DNA from: Antedon mediterranea | Lineage: Eukaryota; Animalia; Echinodermata | NCBI RefSeq assembly: GCF_964355755.1 | Contig: NC_092670.1 | Coordinates: 18,090,795-18,154,794 of the forward strand | Length of the DNA stretch: 64,000 nucleotides | Direction of reading: 5' to 3' | Shown: piece after piece, positions 26,901 to 39,400 of the stretch | How positions within the stretch are numbered: the first letter of the stretch is position 1 | How the letters are laid out: every line of letters begins with the position of its first letter | Translations under genes and position numbers: made by a program | The notes under the pieces: model-generated | What the model saw: the letters and a program-made list of their open reading frames with translations, nothing else | Told to the model about the DNA's origin: nothing | The model's database searches: none

Positions 26901-28127
26901 AGAAACATAGTTGTCCAAATACTAATGTTCCACACTGTACTACTTAACTTCAGTTTAGCGCTTACAGTCCACACATTTTCTACAATTATTATTTTGTTTT
27001 TAGGGAAGACCAGCCTACCAAAATGCCAGAAACTACCAAAGTTCTTATTTTCAATTTTAAAAGTAAGTTTTCATTTTCTGGTGACTGTATTTTTATTGTT
27101 ATTTCCATTTTTTTAACCAATTCAATTTAATAGAAATAAATTAAATATTTTTTTGTACCTGTCAATATTTTCAAAAAGTTTCCATCCAATGGTTGAGCTA
27201 AATTCAATCAAATTTTGTAGACACCTATATTGTCAAATCAGCTCCCAGTATGGTGCATTTAGCCAACTAAAGGACAATTGTTAATAAAAAGCTTTGTTTT
27301 TAGTTCCAGGTAAAGGTAAGTCAACTATTAAAGACGTAGAGGCCATGCTACCAATGATGAAGATGGTCATTTATTGTATTGATAAGGTCAAGAGATACCG
27401 TCTTAGCAGGGAGGTAATGTCTATTTTTATTTCACAATAAAAGTTTTAATGTTTTCGGAAATTGTATTTTAAATGAAATGAGTGCTAAAAGTAGTTTGTT
27501 TGAATGGGGTGAATATTTTCATCATGAATCGAAATATTGAAGGTTCAGAGCTGCCATGCAATAGAGCCATTAAATACTTTGGCATGTGATACAAAATTAA
27601 CCAATCGGATACTAAGGATACACCCGGATGTGTTAATGGAAAAAATATATAAAATAAATTATAATGGAGATAAGGGACAGCATGTTTAAAACAAATGTTC
27701 TTAATATAGTATAGATATTCATCATTGTTTAAAAAAGCATTCTGTTTGGGTTTTTTTTTGCAGGGAAAAATTAAAGCCGACAAGTCACGTGCAAAGTTTG
27801 TGGAATCATTTGAGAAACTTTCACACGCACAGCGACAGGAGGCATCGCAGCTGAGAAAGGAAGAGAAGATACGTGCCAAGAACGAACGTCTAATGAATGA
27901 AGACGATCCGGATAAAATCCGAAAGCTTGAGGTGAATAAATATGTTTATTGCTTTAATACTTTGTGTTTTTGTTAATAAAATCTTCAAGATTAGATATCT
28001 AATACAGAAAAAAAATACAAAAATAGAATTTGATTTCTTTTATTTATTTTTTTATTAGGAAAAGCAACGCAAGCAAGAAGCAAAGCGACGCTCGAGTTCT
28101 AAACAGAAGCAAGTCAAAATCCGTTAA
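23934..28127 (+). CDS. CCDC47: PAT complex subunit CCDC47 (calumin), ER membrane protein
   Basis: Signal peptide and acidic luminal region (DNEFAEFED); [15 protein letters not shown] plus TM segment; [29 protein letters not shown]-terminal coiled coil. Exons about 23934-24173, 24485-24568, 24869-24996, 25260-25425, 25671-25736, 26033-26134, 26366-26473, 26754-26839, 27004-27062, 27304-27413, 27764-27931, 28059-28127. Probable non-coding first exon ending near 23381. Confidence 0.95.
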
Positions 28128-30569
28128 ACGTGTCATACTCAAACATATTATATGAAATATGTTAATAATGTTGATTCTGCATGAAAATGCAATACAATTT
28201 TAGGACTATTAGAAACACAAAGTGTACAATGTTATTTGTTAGATAAGTATTAAAAATAAACTTAAGTATAAAATGAAGTTAATGATTTTTTAGTATGCAA
28301 TCTTTTTGATAGTTATTATATTAGCATGCGGCGATGTGTTCTCTGTGTGTACTTTAGGTGCTAAATATTGTATACATAAACAACAATTGTGATATACCTT
28401 TTGGTTTTTTTTGGGGGGGGAAAATTATCGATTAATTCATATAATGAAATTATTTATGGGTGTACATTTTTGTTTTAGATAGTGCTTTTGTTTTTGTAGT
28501 ATAGGTATGTACTGATTTTTCTAATAGTATAATGGATTGTTTATGTAAAATTAATTTAAATAGAATGTTTAATATATGCTACTCGACTCCCAAGAACAAT
28601 TGTGTGTGTAAAGTGTTCTTGACTTTTATAAATTCAAATCTTGGAATCGAAGGAGGGTATGTGTGTCCTCTCGTTGAGCAGCAAGAATTGTAACTTACGC
28701 TAAATGTTGTGTATAGCATTTTGAAACAAGTGTAAAATTTTTTACAGGTTTTTAATGTTGTACATGTGGAGGAAAAATAATTGTTTTATACAGTATGTAT
28801 GTATCTTGGTGGTTAACATGCTTGCCTTCCTATCTAAAGGTTTGTTTCTATTCCAGTGTAGTAGTACCAGGGGGTTTTCATACCTTCTAAACAGTGTCAC
28901 CTTTTTTCACTTTTAAAACCAGTTACAAAGTAATGTTATATAATAGAATAAGATAACAGGGGACTTCATATACAGTAATTAATTTTTTATTTTATTAATT
29001 TTACATAAGGTTCCCAAAACTCTGCGGAATGATTTAGTTAACATGAAAAAGTGTATGCAATAATTATGGGTAAATAGGTTAATCAAATTAATGAACTGAA
29101 AATATATAGGATAAATATTTTAGGATCCTGGTAACCTGCTATAGTGTAGGTTCTGGTACTCATAAAGGAATACAGTACCACTAACATGAACAAGACAATA
29201 ACTAGAAACGTAGGGCAAGTATTTAGCATAAGCCCTCTGATTATACACTATATGCTCTTATTAATGAATTGATTAAAACGTTACTGTGGAATAATTGTAT
29301 AGTTTTTTTTATATGTTTTGGCTATGAAATTCATGTAAGTGTCTAAAGAATGGAGAAATTGAATGGATATGTGAGATGTAATTGAGAACTCACATGAATT
29401 TTATGAAAAGAAACCAAAAAAAAAACACAAACTGATTTTAATTGAAGCATAAGCTTTACAAAACATTTATTAAAACAGATAAAAGCTGCACCAGGGAGAA
29501 TAAAAATTGGAAACCTTTTTTAAAGAACTGACTGACTTACAACAATTTACTACATTGCCATGATAGCGCTAATTGCTCGATAAGTTACACAAGAAATTCC
29601 AAAGTCACAACATTAAATTTCCATTTATCTGTAATTAAAAAAATTGGATACCGGCCTAGGTCACTACTTCACAAACAAACAAAACATGCTGAGCAAAAAC
29701 AGCAAGGTCTGTTCTCGGCTGTATATTTTCTTTAATCAAATTATTTTTTCCACAAATTCGCATCCTGCGCAAATCACTATATAGGCTTTTGCGTCGAATC
29801 TTGCGCCACCATGTCACTAACATTATATTGAATGCCACATTTATATATTTACTAATAAAATAATTTAATTTAGCTATATATAGGCATGTTATACCTTTCA
29901 CATAAGGAATAAACTTGCTGCTCTAACAGTATAACATAATATATTAGGCAGGTTGTTCATTTTATACAAACGTTATTATTTTTTAATTAATTTAATTTAA
30001 AAAAACACAGAATACTTCAATAAATTGGCACACCAATTTATATGTCTTATTTGTTATCTTATTCAATTACAATACATTGTCATATTAACATTTTAATTAT
30101 TACAATATAATTAATAAAACACCTTATATAAAATTGTCTGGGTTAAAAGATTAATATCATTTATCATTTTTGAAAAATATAAAATTCGCAAAAGTAAAAC
30201 AAAAATAATGCACAGCAATGAAGCTTAATATTATTTATCTAATTAATTTATATATTGTTTATGCAAATTTTAGACATAATACTATAAAATTGCAAACCAA
30301 AAATTGCATAGCATTTTTTGCTACAAGTAAATTATACTGTTTAAAAAGCTTGCACCAACTAAAATACTAGTTTATCAACTTCTCAATACCAGTCCCCGGG
30401 TCCCTAGAAACTACATTAAAAGACATGCATGTTGGGTTGGTCCAAGGGTTTCCGGTACTGAAGAAATTGATAATAGTATATTTACTAACTATTGCACACA
30501 GCACATATAAACAGAATGGAAGAAAAGCATCAAAAGAGTCATATTTGAAAATGGTATAAGCATCTATAA

Positions 30570-30985
30570 TTATTTACCTACCCCTCCTATTCCCAATACA
30601 GTTGAACTACTGTAAGGAACCCAACAGAGTGTCCCCTGGATAGGGGTTGACTGTAGTGTTAAAATATAAATTTCTTCTTGTTCAAGTCATAGTAAAGTGT
30701 TCCCTTAACAGAGGTATCCCACAGGAGGGGTTCCACTGCAATTAGGGTATTAGCATGGTGTACTTATATACCTACCCCTCCTATTCCCAATACAGTAGAA
30801 CCACTGTAAGGAACCCAACAAAATGTCCCCTAAATAGCAGTTGACTGTATAGTGTAAAACATATACAGTATTTCCCCTAATTCATATCATAGTAAAGTGT
30901 CCCCTGAATAGAGGTATCCCACAGGAGGGGTTCTACCCTATAATTATGGTATTAGCATGGTATACTTATTGACCCACCCCCTACT
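30570..30985. repeat. About 197-bp tandem duplication containing mariner-like MITE fragments
   Basis: cctacccctcctattcccaatacag... occurs at about 30577 and 30771, with a third partial start near 30973. Confidence 0.8.
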
Positions 30986-31765
30986 ACTCTTTGCATTCTA
31001 AAGTAGTTAATCCACGTAACGACCTATTGTCACATGTCACAATGGACACAAGGTTATGTAAATAAATTAGAATGAAATATACCTTTGAAAGGTCACGTTA
31101 TTACTGAATTTGACCTAGTATATCCGTGTATGTCCTGGCTACAAAATATCCCAATTCCCATATTCTCCTTCCACTAACAATTAGTGCGAGGGGGTAGGAT
31201 TATACTCTGATTAAATTAACAATGAATTTATTGAAGTCCTTTGGAGTTAACTTAAGCTATGCAGTTACTGGATTTGATCACAGTACTGTATACTAGATCA
31301 AATATTTCAATAACATACAAAACAACTGTTTATAACAGTTTGATAAAATATTTATAATATTTGCAACTGACAATAAAACTTCATGAATTTTCAATTTCAT
31401 AATTAAAAAAAGTAATTTGAGAAGATTACGGCATCTAAAGTATTCTTGTAAATTCCCGCAATAATTCAGCAACAAACACCTATAAAAATACACATTACAC
31501 ACACATTTGATGGGTATCTCTTAAAATAATAATGTTGTTAGCTACCTAAATACTGTACTTTATTCTCAGTTAAAAGATGGTTCCCATAGAATTGGAAAGC
31601 CTACGTTACAATTGAAGGGATGCACAGTAAAGAGAACATGAAGGCAAGAGAAATTGTCTATTGCAAAGAGATTTATGGAAAGAAAGAGGACGCTCGGTCT
31701 GCAGCTTGCAGAAATTGTTTGTGATTCAGAAAAAGCCATCAATAATAATTAAGAAGAATTAAAAT

Positions 31766-33437
31766 TTATAGATCTAGCAGAAACTGGTATACAGATTGCT
31801 CTATGCCTTCTTCTTGACATGCTTTTACAACATCGCTTATTCTGACGAAATCAGGCGTCGATGACATGCGTTTCCGCCACTTGTTGAAGGCGCCGAACAC
31901 CTGGTTACGTGCTGAAAACTTGTTTTCATTCTTAGCTTGAAAGATCTCTGCTTCTGTAACTCCGAGAGATCTGGCAAGACTTTCCCATTCACCAAGTTTT
32001 CCTGATAATGTGTTCAAATGCTGTTCTGTAAATGTTTTGTTGGGGTTCTTAGCCTGAAATATTAATTAAAAATACTAATAATTATTTTACTATCAAACAA
32101 ACATCTGAAAGCCAGTTTTTCTGGAATAAATAAAGAAACACTTAAAAGGGCAATCTGGTGAGTGGAGTGTCAATTTAATTTATAAAGCATAATATGATTG
32201 AAAATGTATCTTACATATTATGATCAACAAGGATTTCGAAATTGGGAGTACAGTATATTCAAAATGTTACTCACCTGTGGTAATGTTTCTTCGACAGTTG
32301 CAGCATTATTGTCACCACTTCCACTTGGAAGTGGCCTGTCATCTGGCATCTATAAATAGAACAAAAAAACAAATTATTTTCAATTTGTACAACCTAAATA
32401 TAAATGTACACTCAGTGAAAATATACAGTGTACATTTGAATGTTATGTGTGAACTTAGTTTAATAGAAGTGGCTTGAAAATTTGTGTACGTTTGGAATGA
32501 TCATGCTTTTATTCTTTAAACTCCACTGGGGTAAAATGTAGTTATTGAAATTGATTTCTCGGAAACATACCTCGATAAAATCTTTGATTTCAACCCCCAT
32601 TGTAATAGACAAATCCTCCATAGTTTTCAGTATTTCTTGAATACTTGGCCGTAACATTCTATCTGCCTCCCAGCAAGCATGCAGCATATCCTTTAACGTA
32701 GAGGGTGTTTCTTCATCTAATGGATACATATTGTCTACCATCTCTGTATCCTGCGGTTTTTGACAAGTCCACATTTCCCAAATCACAACACCGTATGAGT
32801 ATATGTCCGAACGCGGTGAAACTTTGATGTGGCTTGACCTTTCTTTAAAAAACTCATGATTTTCCGGAGCCATCCATGGTAACGACCCAGCCATGATAGT
32901 ACTGATTGTCCCATCAGTTATACGGGAAATTCCAAAGTCACAAAGTTTCAAATTATATTTATCAGTAATCAAAAAATTTGGAGATTTGATATCGCGGTGA
33001 ATTATATCATGTTCATGAAGATACTCTAATGCAAGGGTGCCTTGACGGGTCCATGTAAAAAATTTGTCATCCTCACGAGGTTGCTGCTGTTTTCGTTTAT
33101 GGCTTAAATAATCTAGTAACGACCCCTTTGCCGCATATTCCATTATGATACAGTACCAAGGCTCTTGGGTAATGACACCTAAAATCTCTGTTATAAACTT
33201 TCTACCAATGTGTTTCTTTCCTTCATCATCTTTGATTCTTCTTAACGTAACAAGTTCAATTTCTTGGACACGGTTGAGGTGTTTAATCGCAACCGGAAAA
33301 TTGTCTTTAGTTTTCCAAACACCTTTAAACACACTGCTTGTTCCACCTCTTCCAATACGTTTTCCAAATTCAATATCCTTGAATGGTATTTCCAAAAGCC
33401 CTGGAAATGAATCCGTTACTGTTTCATTACCTGCCAT
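31766..33437 (-). CDS. TKL-group (ZAK/MAP3K20/MLK-like) protein kinase with C-terminal death domain, about 409 aa
   Basis: Exons 32571-33437, 32275-32349, 31766-32053 joined by phase-0 GT-AG introns. Intact GRGGTSSV, VAIK, HRDIKSPN, DFG, GSLPWMAPE, SDIYSYGVVIWE. Last exon has a death-domain pattern (LGEWESLARSLGVTEAEI...NQVFGAFNKWRKR). Confidence 0.88.
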
Positions 33438-33546
33438 TATTATTCATCAGAGAAGGGTATCTGCAAACAAAAACGTTTGCATATAAACATTTTTGAATAA
33501 ATTAATAGTAGGTTAGGCCCTACTACTAGTAGTAAGCGCTATTTTA

Positions 33547-34616
33547 GGGTCAGTCTAATTACCGAAAACAACCGAAAATAACCGAAAACAACCGAAAACA
33601 ACCATAAACAACCGAAAACAACCGTAAACAACCGAAAACAAACCGAAAACAAACCGAAAACAAAATTTAAAAAATCTAAATACCGAAAACAAATTTTGTA
33701 TAATATTTTTTTTAATGTCGCCCTCTATTGATGGGTGTTTCTAAAGCTAAGACCATACACAGAGGCGCAAAAATCATGGAAGACCCTACGAAATGGTAGT
33801 GTGCACAAAATACAACTAAAAATCGTACAAATTCAATGAAATACACCGTAGACTACATTTACTTACAAAATCTATAAACACATTTCGTTTTTAGTCTTTT
33901 CAAAAACAAAGCATGATTTTACCTAACTTTGCGTTTTCGTCCCCGGTTTCGTCACTTAAGTGAATACTGAAGCGATTAAGGATAAAAACGTTATTTACTC
34001 GACTACAGTAATTTTACTGAATAGATTTTATTGTGAATCCTTTATAGTGAGCTTCTTTTAAGTATACTTTATAGTCCCTAGTATCTTTGTATAATTTATC
34101 TTTGAAAATCTATAATTAAATTGATCATGATTAACCATAGTCAATTTACTTTCTATACTATGGATTAACATATTCATAATTATTGTAAGGAGTAGGGCCT
34201 AATGCGCTGGTTTCTGGATCAAAAATCGAAAGACTAAAATTAAAATATTTTTATAGATTCTGTAAGTAAATGCGATGTTATCAATTGATTGATTGTACGA
34301 TTTTTAGTTGTATTTTGTGCACACTGTCATCGTAGGGTCTTCCTTGGCTTTTGCGCGCGCGGTTTTTTGTCTCTGTTATGGTCTTAGTAGATTTAGAAAC
34401 ACCCATCAATAGAGGGCGACATTTAAAAAATATTATACAAATTTGTTTTCGGTATTTAGATTATTTTATGTTGTTTTCGGTTTGTTTTCGGTTCGTTTTC
34501 GGTTGTTTATGGTTGTTTTTGGTTGTTTATGGTTGTTTTCGGTTGTTTGTGGTTGTTTTCGGTTGTTTATGGTTGTTTTCGGTTATTTTCGGTTGTTTTC
34601 GGTAATTAGACTGACC
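33547..34616. mobile_element. About 1.07-kb foldback/MULE-like non-autonomous element
   Basis: TIRs of about 350-390 bp starting GGTCAGTCTAATTACCGAAAAC with 10-bp AACCGAAAAC subrepeats; GCTATTTTA duplicated at 33538-33546 and 34617-34625. Confidence 0.88.
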
Positions 34617-35347
34617 GCTATTTTATAATGATTGTATTTTATAATGTACTGTATAAAAGAGGTAATTTTCACATTTTCCCTACCTGTAATCTTATTAAAC
34701 CTACTACTAGGTTAACATATTGTAAGTATTGTTTGTATGTAACATAACAGAAGTATTACTATTTGTGCCTTTACAGGGAATAACAACTGAAAGAAATTGC
34801 TAGGCCTATCATACCCGCATTATCCATCACATTTACTGTAGGACTAGGTCAGCCAAAACAGCAGGCAAGCCCTGACTGAATGAATCAAAGAATCTGATGT
34901 GTCGGGTGAGACATGACCAAGTAATCTCAGACAATTAATTTACTTATTTATAATAAACAATTTAACCAAATAATGATTTAAACTAAATTTACACACGATA
35001 GTAAATTCAAAACCTTTGATTTTCCTACTTTTTGGTCAATAATTACCACCGCCCTATTATTAGTGTTGCTGTTTTATCTTCCCCCGCCGGACTTCCGCAT
35101 GAATGTCGCCCTCATGAGATATTCTGTACCGAAAGTCTTTGATTAAACTATTTTTTTGATAGGGGTACCAAATTGTATATAATTATGCTACAAGTCATTA
35201 TGAGCCTTTAAATTTAAAATATTTATGTTATTAATGTTTTAAAATGTATACAATTACTGTTTATATGTTTTACAGTATTCAAAATATAAAAACAAACGTT
35301 TGTGCGCCAACTGTTTTGGGTTTAGCCCCCGTCACCAATTGCTGGTT

Positions 35348-35360
35348 GTCGCATGGCAAC
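35348..35360. promoter_or_regulatory. RFX X-box upstream of DLEC1
   Basis: GTCGCATGGCAAC resembles the GTTGCCATGGCAAC consensus; followed by a YY1-like AATATGGCCGC at about 35374; DLEC1 is a ciliary gene. Confidence 0.65.
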
Positions 35361-35440
35361 TAAATCAGTGTACAATATGGCCGCGCCGTCGACGAAGGAT
35401 CGCCGAGTTTTTATTTCCATTTTTTAAAAAAAGAATATCA

Positions 35441-35952
35441 ACTAGCCTCTAGGCCTAGGCCCTAGTAGATCTTCGGTGGTGTGTAATATTTCAGGTGGAT
35501 TATTTAATAGGCTGTAGATAGGAGCCTTACTTATACAGCTATAGGCCTAGGCTAGCTACTAGCTAGGAGTACTACTACTACTAGGCTAGCCTAGGCCTAG
35601 GCCTAGGCCTAGTAGGCTTAGCTAGCTCTACCAGGCCGGCTAGAGGGTCTAGGCTATAGGCCTACTAGGCTAGGCCTAGTAGAGGTCACGTCTGCCTAGC
35701 TAGGCAGAGGCTCTATGCCCTAGGTCTAGGAGGCCCAGGGAGGGGCCTAGGCCTACCCAGCCAGGCCCTAGAGACAGTAGGCTAGGCATAGGCCTAGGCC
35801 TACTAGCATAAGCCGCCTAGCTAGAGGCTCTAGGCCCCCCTACTAGCCTAGTTGTTCAATTTGACAAAAAATTGGATCGAAAATAACATTATTTACCTGA
35901 ACAGTGAAAATACTGTAATTTAAAGCAAAAAGTAGGCCTAGGCTAGGCCTAG
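35441..35952. repeat. TAGGCCTA/CTAG-rich low-complexity island
   Basis: Dozens of overlapping taggcctag/gctagcta words, including ctaggcctaggcctaggcctag. Confidence 0.8.
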
Positions 35953-36493
35953 TCAAATTGACAGAAACTGATGAAAGTCAATGAATTTTTGGTGAAATGG
36001 TTTAATGATGTGTCAATATCCATCACTTTACCACCCACAATATCATACATAAACAACATGGTCACAGTGTGTCAAAATGGTGTGGTATGGTCACCTGAAT
36101 AAAAAGGTAATTCACATAATTTTTTATGCACATGTGCGTCATGATATTCATACTGTAAGGTATGTCGCACCATGGAACTAGGGCCTATAATATTAGAGAC
36201 ACACCTCTCCAGGGGTTGTATAGTGGGTCATTCAATTGTCAAGGGCATTACAGTGTAAGGTTTTCTATAAAAAAATTTCTATCCAATTTTGGTCAACTGT
36301 TTAAATGTTACATTAAAATGGCATATCAACAAAAAAATTTTATTTTATATAAGTATTTGTTCAGTAGAAAAATATGTCTATGGTCTTAGCTTATTATAGA
36401 GTCGAGTCCTACAGTAGGTAGCGAAAATTGTTCTTGTAAAAACACAGGACTAATTTGTAGCAAACTTACACTTACAGGCCAACATAAGCCAAC

Positions 36494-39400
36494 ATGTCTG
36501 CAGGAGTAAGGTCAATGCGAAGCACTCCCAGTGAGCCACCTATGTTTCTACAACGACCTTCATCTGGAAGCTCTCAGAATGTGGAACACATACTTGCAAG
36601 GACGTTTAGACAGTACTATACCAGAGATTTGGTTTCAGATGAAACTGTAAGAAATTTAAACAAGTCACGAGCAGGGGACAATAGCTATCACGATAAATAT
36701 GTGGATGAATTAACCAAGGTAACTAAATTATTTATAAACATTCAGATTGATTAGTACAGTTTAATTATTGTCAGGTAATGTCCTAGAGTGGAATCTAAGA
36801 CCTGAAAAGTGTCTGTCTGCTTTTTGAAGTTTTTAAATTCTCTGATAGGTATTTTATCAGAAAGATACAAGAGCTAAAGGAGGTTAAATTGTAATTAATG
36901 AATAAAGATCAAAATTTATATCTATTTAGTTTTAATATGTTTAAATGTGTTTTTGTTTCTAGGTACAAGCTGAACATGAACGACGGCTAGCAGAGGCCTC
37001 GATGTTGTCACAGCACATCATGCAGGCCAGAGCTAAAGCCCTAGAGGCAGACAAGAAGGACCTGGATAAAGCAGCTGAAGGATGTGATATGTACCATGAG
37101 CTAGGCCTACCACCCAGTATGTACAATATCATACAAGTTTATCATCTTAATTTATCTTCTTTATGCTGTCACCTACTGTATTTATCATCTTCTTTATCAT
37201 ACTCATGATAGGACAATTGTTACACTATTGTCATTAAGATCACTGTTGTCATCTACATGCTTGTCATAACCATCAATATTGTCTTGTTGATTCTGTCAGG
37301 TGTCATCTGTGTTATGTTGCATTATTGGTGTCATTTAATAGAGTGTGTCTTTTTATGAATGCCCTAGGATGACACACACAACACAAAATGCTATTATTTT
37401 TATTCTTCACATTTCATTAATACTGTAACAAGATAAAATCTTGCTTATTACAGAATGTTTTCTTTTTTTTAACAGTGTATCATTGTATTAATTATTTTAT
37501 AAATAAGCAACATCCTTCATTTTGACCAAACTCCAATTTCTTAAAAAAACATTAGTACTGTGATTGTTTTTGATTTTATTTTGCCAGGTGAATCAAACTA
37601 CAGGTCATTCTTAGATCTCGATCTTCTTAAAAATCACAACTTGATTATTCCAGAAGATTTCTCAACAGCAGAAAAGCCAATAACCAAAGCTCCTAAAGGT
37701 AAGGATACTCCAATCTAGATTCTTCTTCTAAATCTATCGGGAGGAGATACAGCATGATGAAGCTGTTAATGAGATTATGTGATGATTGTGTGATGTATAT
37801 ATAGCATTGTGTATACTTACTATTTACAACTCTGTAAAACAATCTGGACTATGGCCCAATAATCAGACAGCATGGGCAGTCTTCAAATCAAATCACCCTG
37901 GGCTGACCATTAAATGTCTAGTTTTTTAATACATACTGTAAGTTTAATAAAAAAAAACTTAGCCTGTATTGATTGTATTCTTACTTGTCAATACTAATTA
38001 AAAACAATAAATTTGTGATTTAAACAATGAACAATTTGTGCTTTTTTAATAATAGCAACATTTTGTTTTTGCAGGAGAAAAAAGACCTCATTATTCACTA
38101 GCAACAGAGACGTCCACACAACATGGCATCAAAGAGATGCAGTCTGGTGACTGGCAATCGGAGTGTAGTTCATCAAGTCCACTATCATCCTACAGTGTGA
38201 TTGATCCTGTAGGTATATTAATTATAACAAAATAAAATGCTATACATGAATGCTGTGAATAAATGAAAGCTTTCTCTGTTATACATTCTGTGCTATGATT
38301 CTATTTCAGTTTACCATCTAAAACATGTAATATACCCATATTTGGAAATGATGATGTCATATCACTACCATATTTAAGCATATCACTACCATATTTGGGA
38401 ACATCACACTTTTTTGTCAAATTAGTTTGATAGTTTAGACAGAGCTTAAAACTCTTTGGATAAGGACTGTCATGTTTTTTATTATCAGATACCTGCAAAA
38501 GTGCAGTGGAAAGATCACATGTCTGCAGAAAAACGTGAACGTGATCGTAAAGATCTTGCTATCGTTCATAAGAAATCTGACTTCCTTCGCAATCCTCGAC
38601 ATCGACCGCCATCAGAGGCTAAAGGAGGAAAACTGCTCATCAAACCAAACAAAGTAGTTCACAAGCTTGGGGGCGCTAAACCTGAAGTGTTGTTGACAAG
38701 GTGCTTGCTTTTTTTCATTTAATATTCAAATTTACATTGCTTTTATTGTGTAATTCATAAAAACCAATCATGCTGTCTATATCTATATATAACTGGTTTG
38801 CATACTTTGTTTTATAGTGAAAAAGAACCATCAGTTATTTTCCTAGCTACGCCCTCTAAAGTTGTGTTTACAGACTACAAAGTACGACAAGTGTATGAAA
38901 TGACCTTAGATTTGAAAAATGTATCAGCTGCCAGTCGCAAACTTAGGGTCATTCCTCCAAAGACAGAATATTTCTCTGTTGGCCTTGGTAAGACTTCACA
39001 ATGATTATTCATTAATTTATAAATAGCAAGAACCCAGTACTGTCACTGGCAGGTTTTCAAATATAGTTTAAAACCTTCCCAGGACAATTATGGTAATTTT
39101 GGTATGTCAATTGTATGGATGCATGTAATAGCAAAAATGTATAATTACGTACAAATGCTCTCACTTAATGAACATAATATTACGTTATTGAAATAATTCA
39201 CATGTTGAGTATGGCTGAGGAATCCCCTTTGGCGATTAGAAGGTTATCTCCGGTACCATACAAAATGATTGCATTTTTTTGTTTTGTTTTTATCTGTATT
39301 TGTACTTGTAAGGTATTGTAGGGGCCGCTTCTAGTGCGGGCCCCAGTAATTATTGTTATAACTGAATAAATGTGTATGAATGAAATCAAATCTAAACTAT

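Noticed and set aside
27469-27879. 136-aa minus-strand ORF
   Set aside because: Antisense shadow of a CCDC47 exon and intron; no domain features.
32460-32570. ORF-track C-terminal extension of the kinase (VCFREINF...)
   Set aside because: A GTATGT donor at 32570 and in-phase downstream exons indicate this is intron read-through.
34351-34628. Hydrophobic repetitive ORFs
   Set aside because: Translation of the 10-bp TIR subrepeats.
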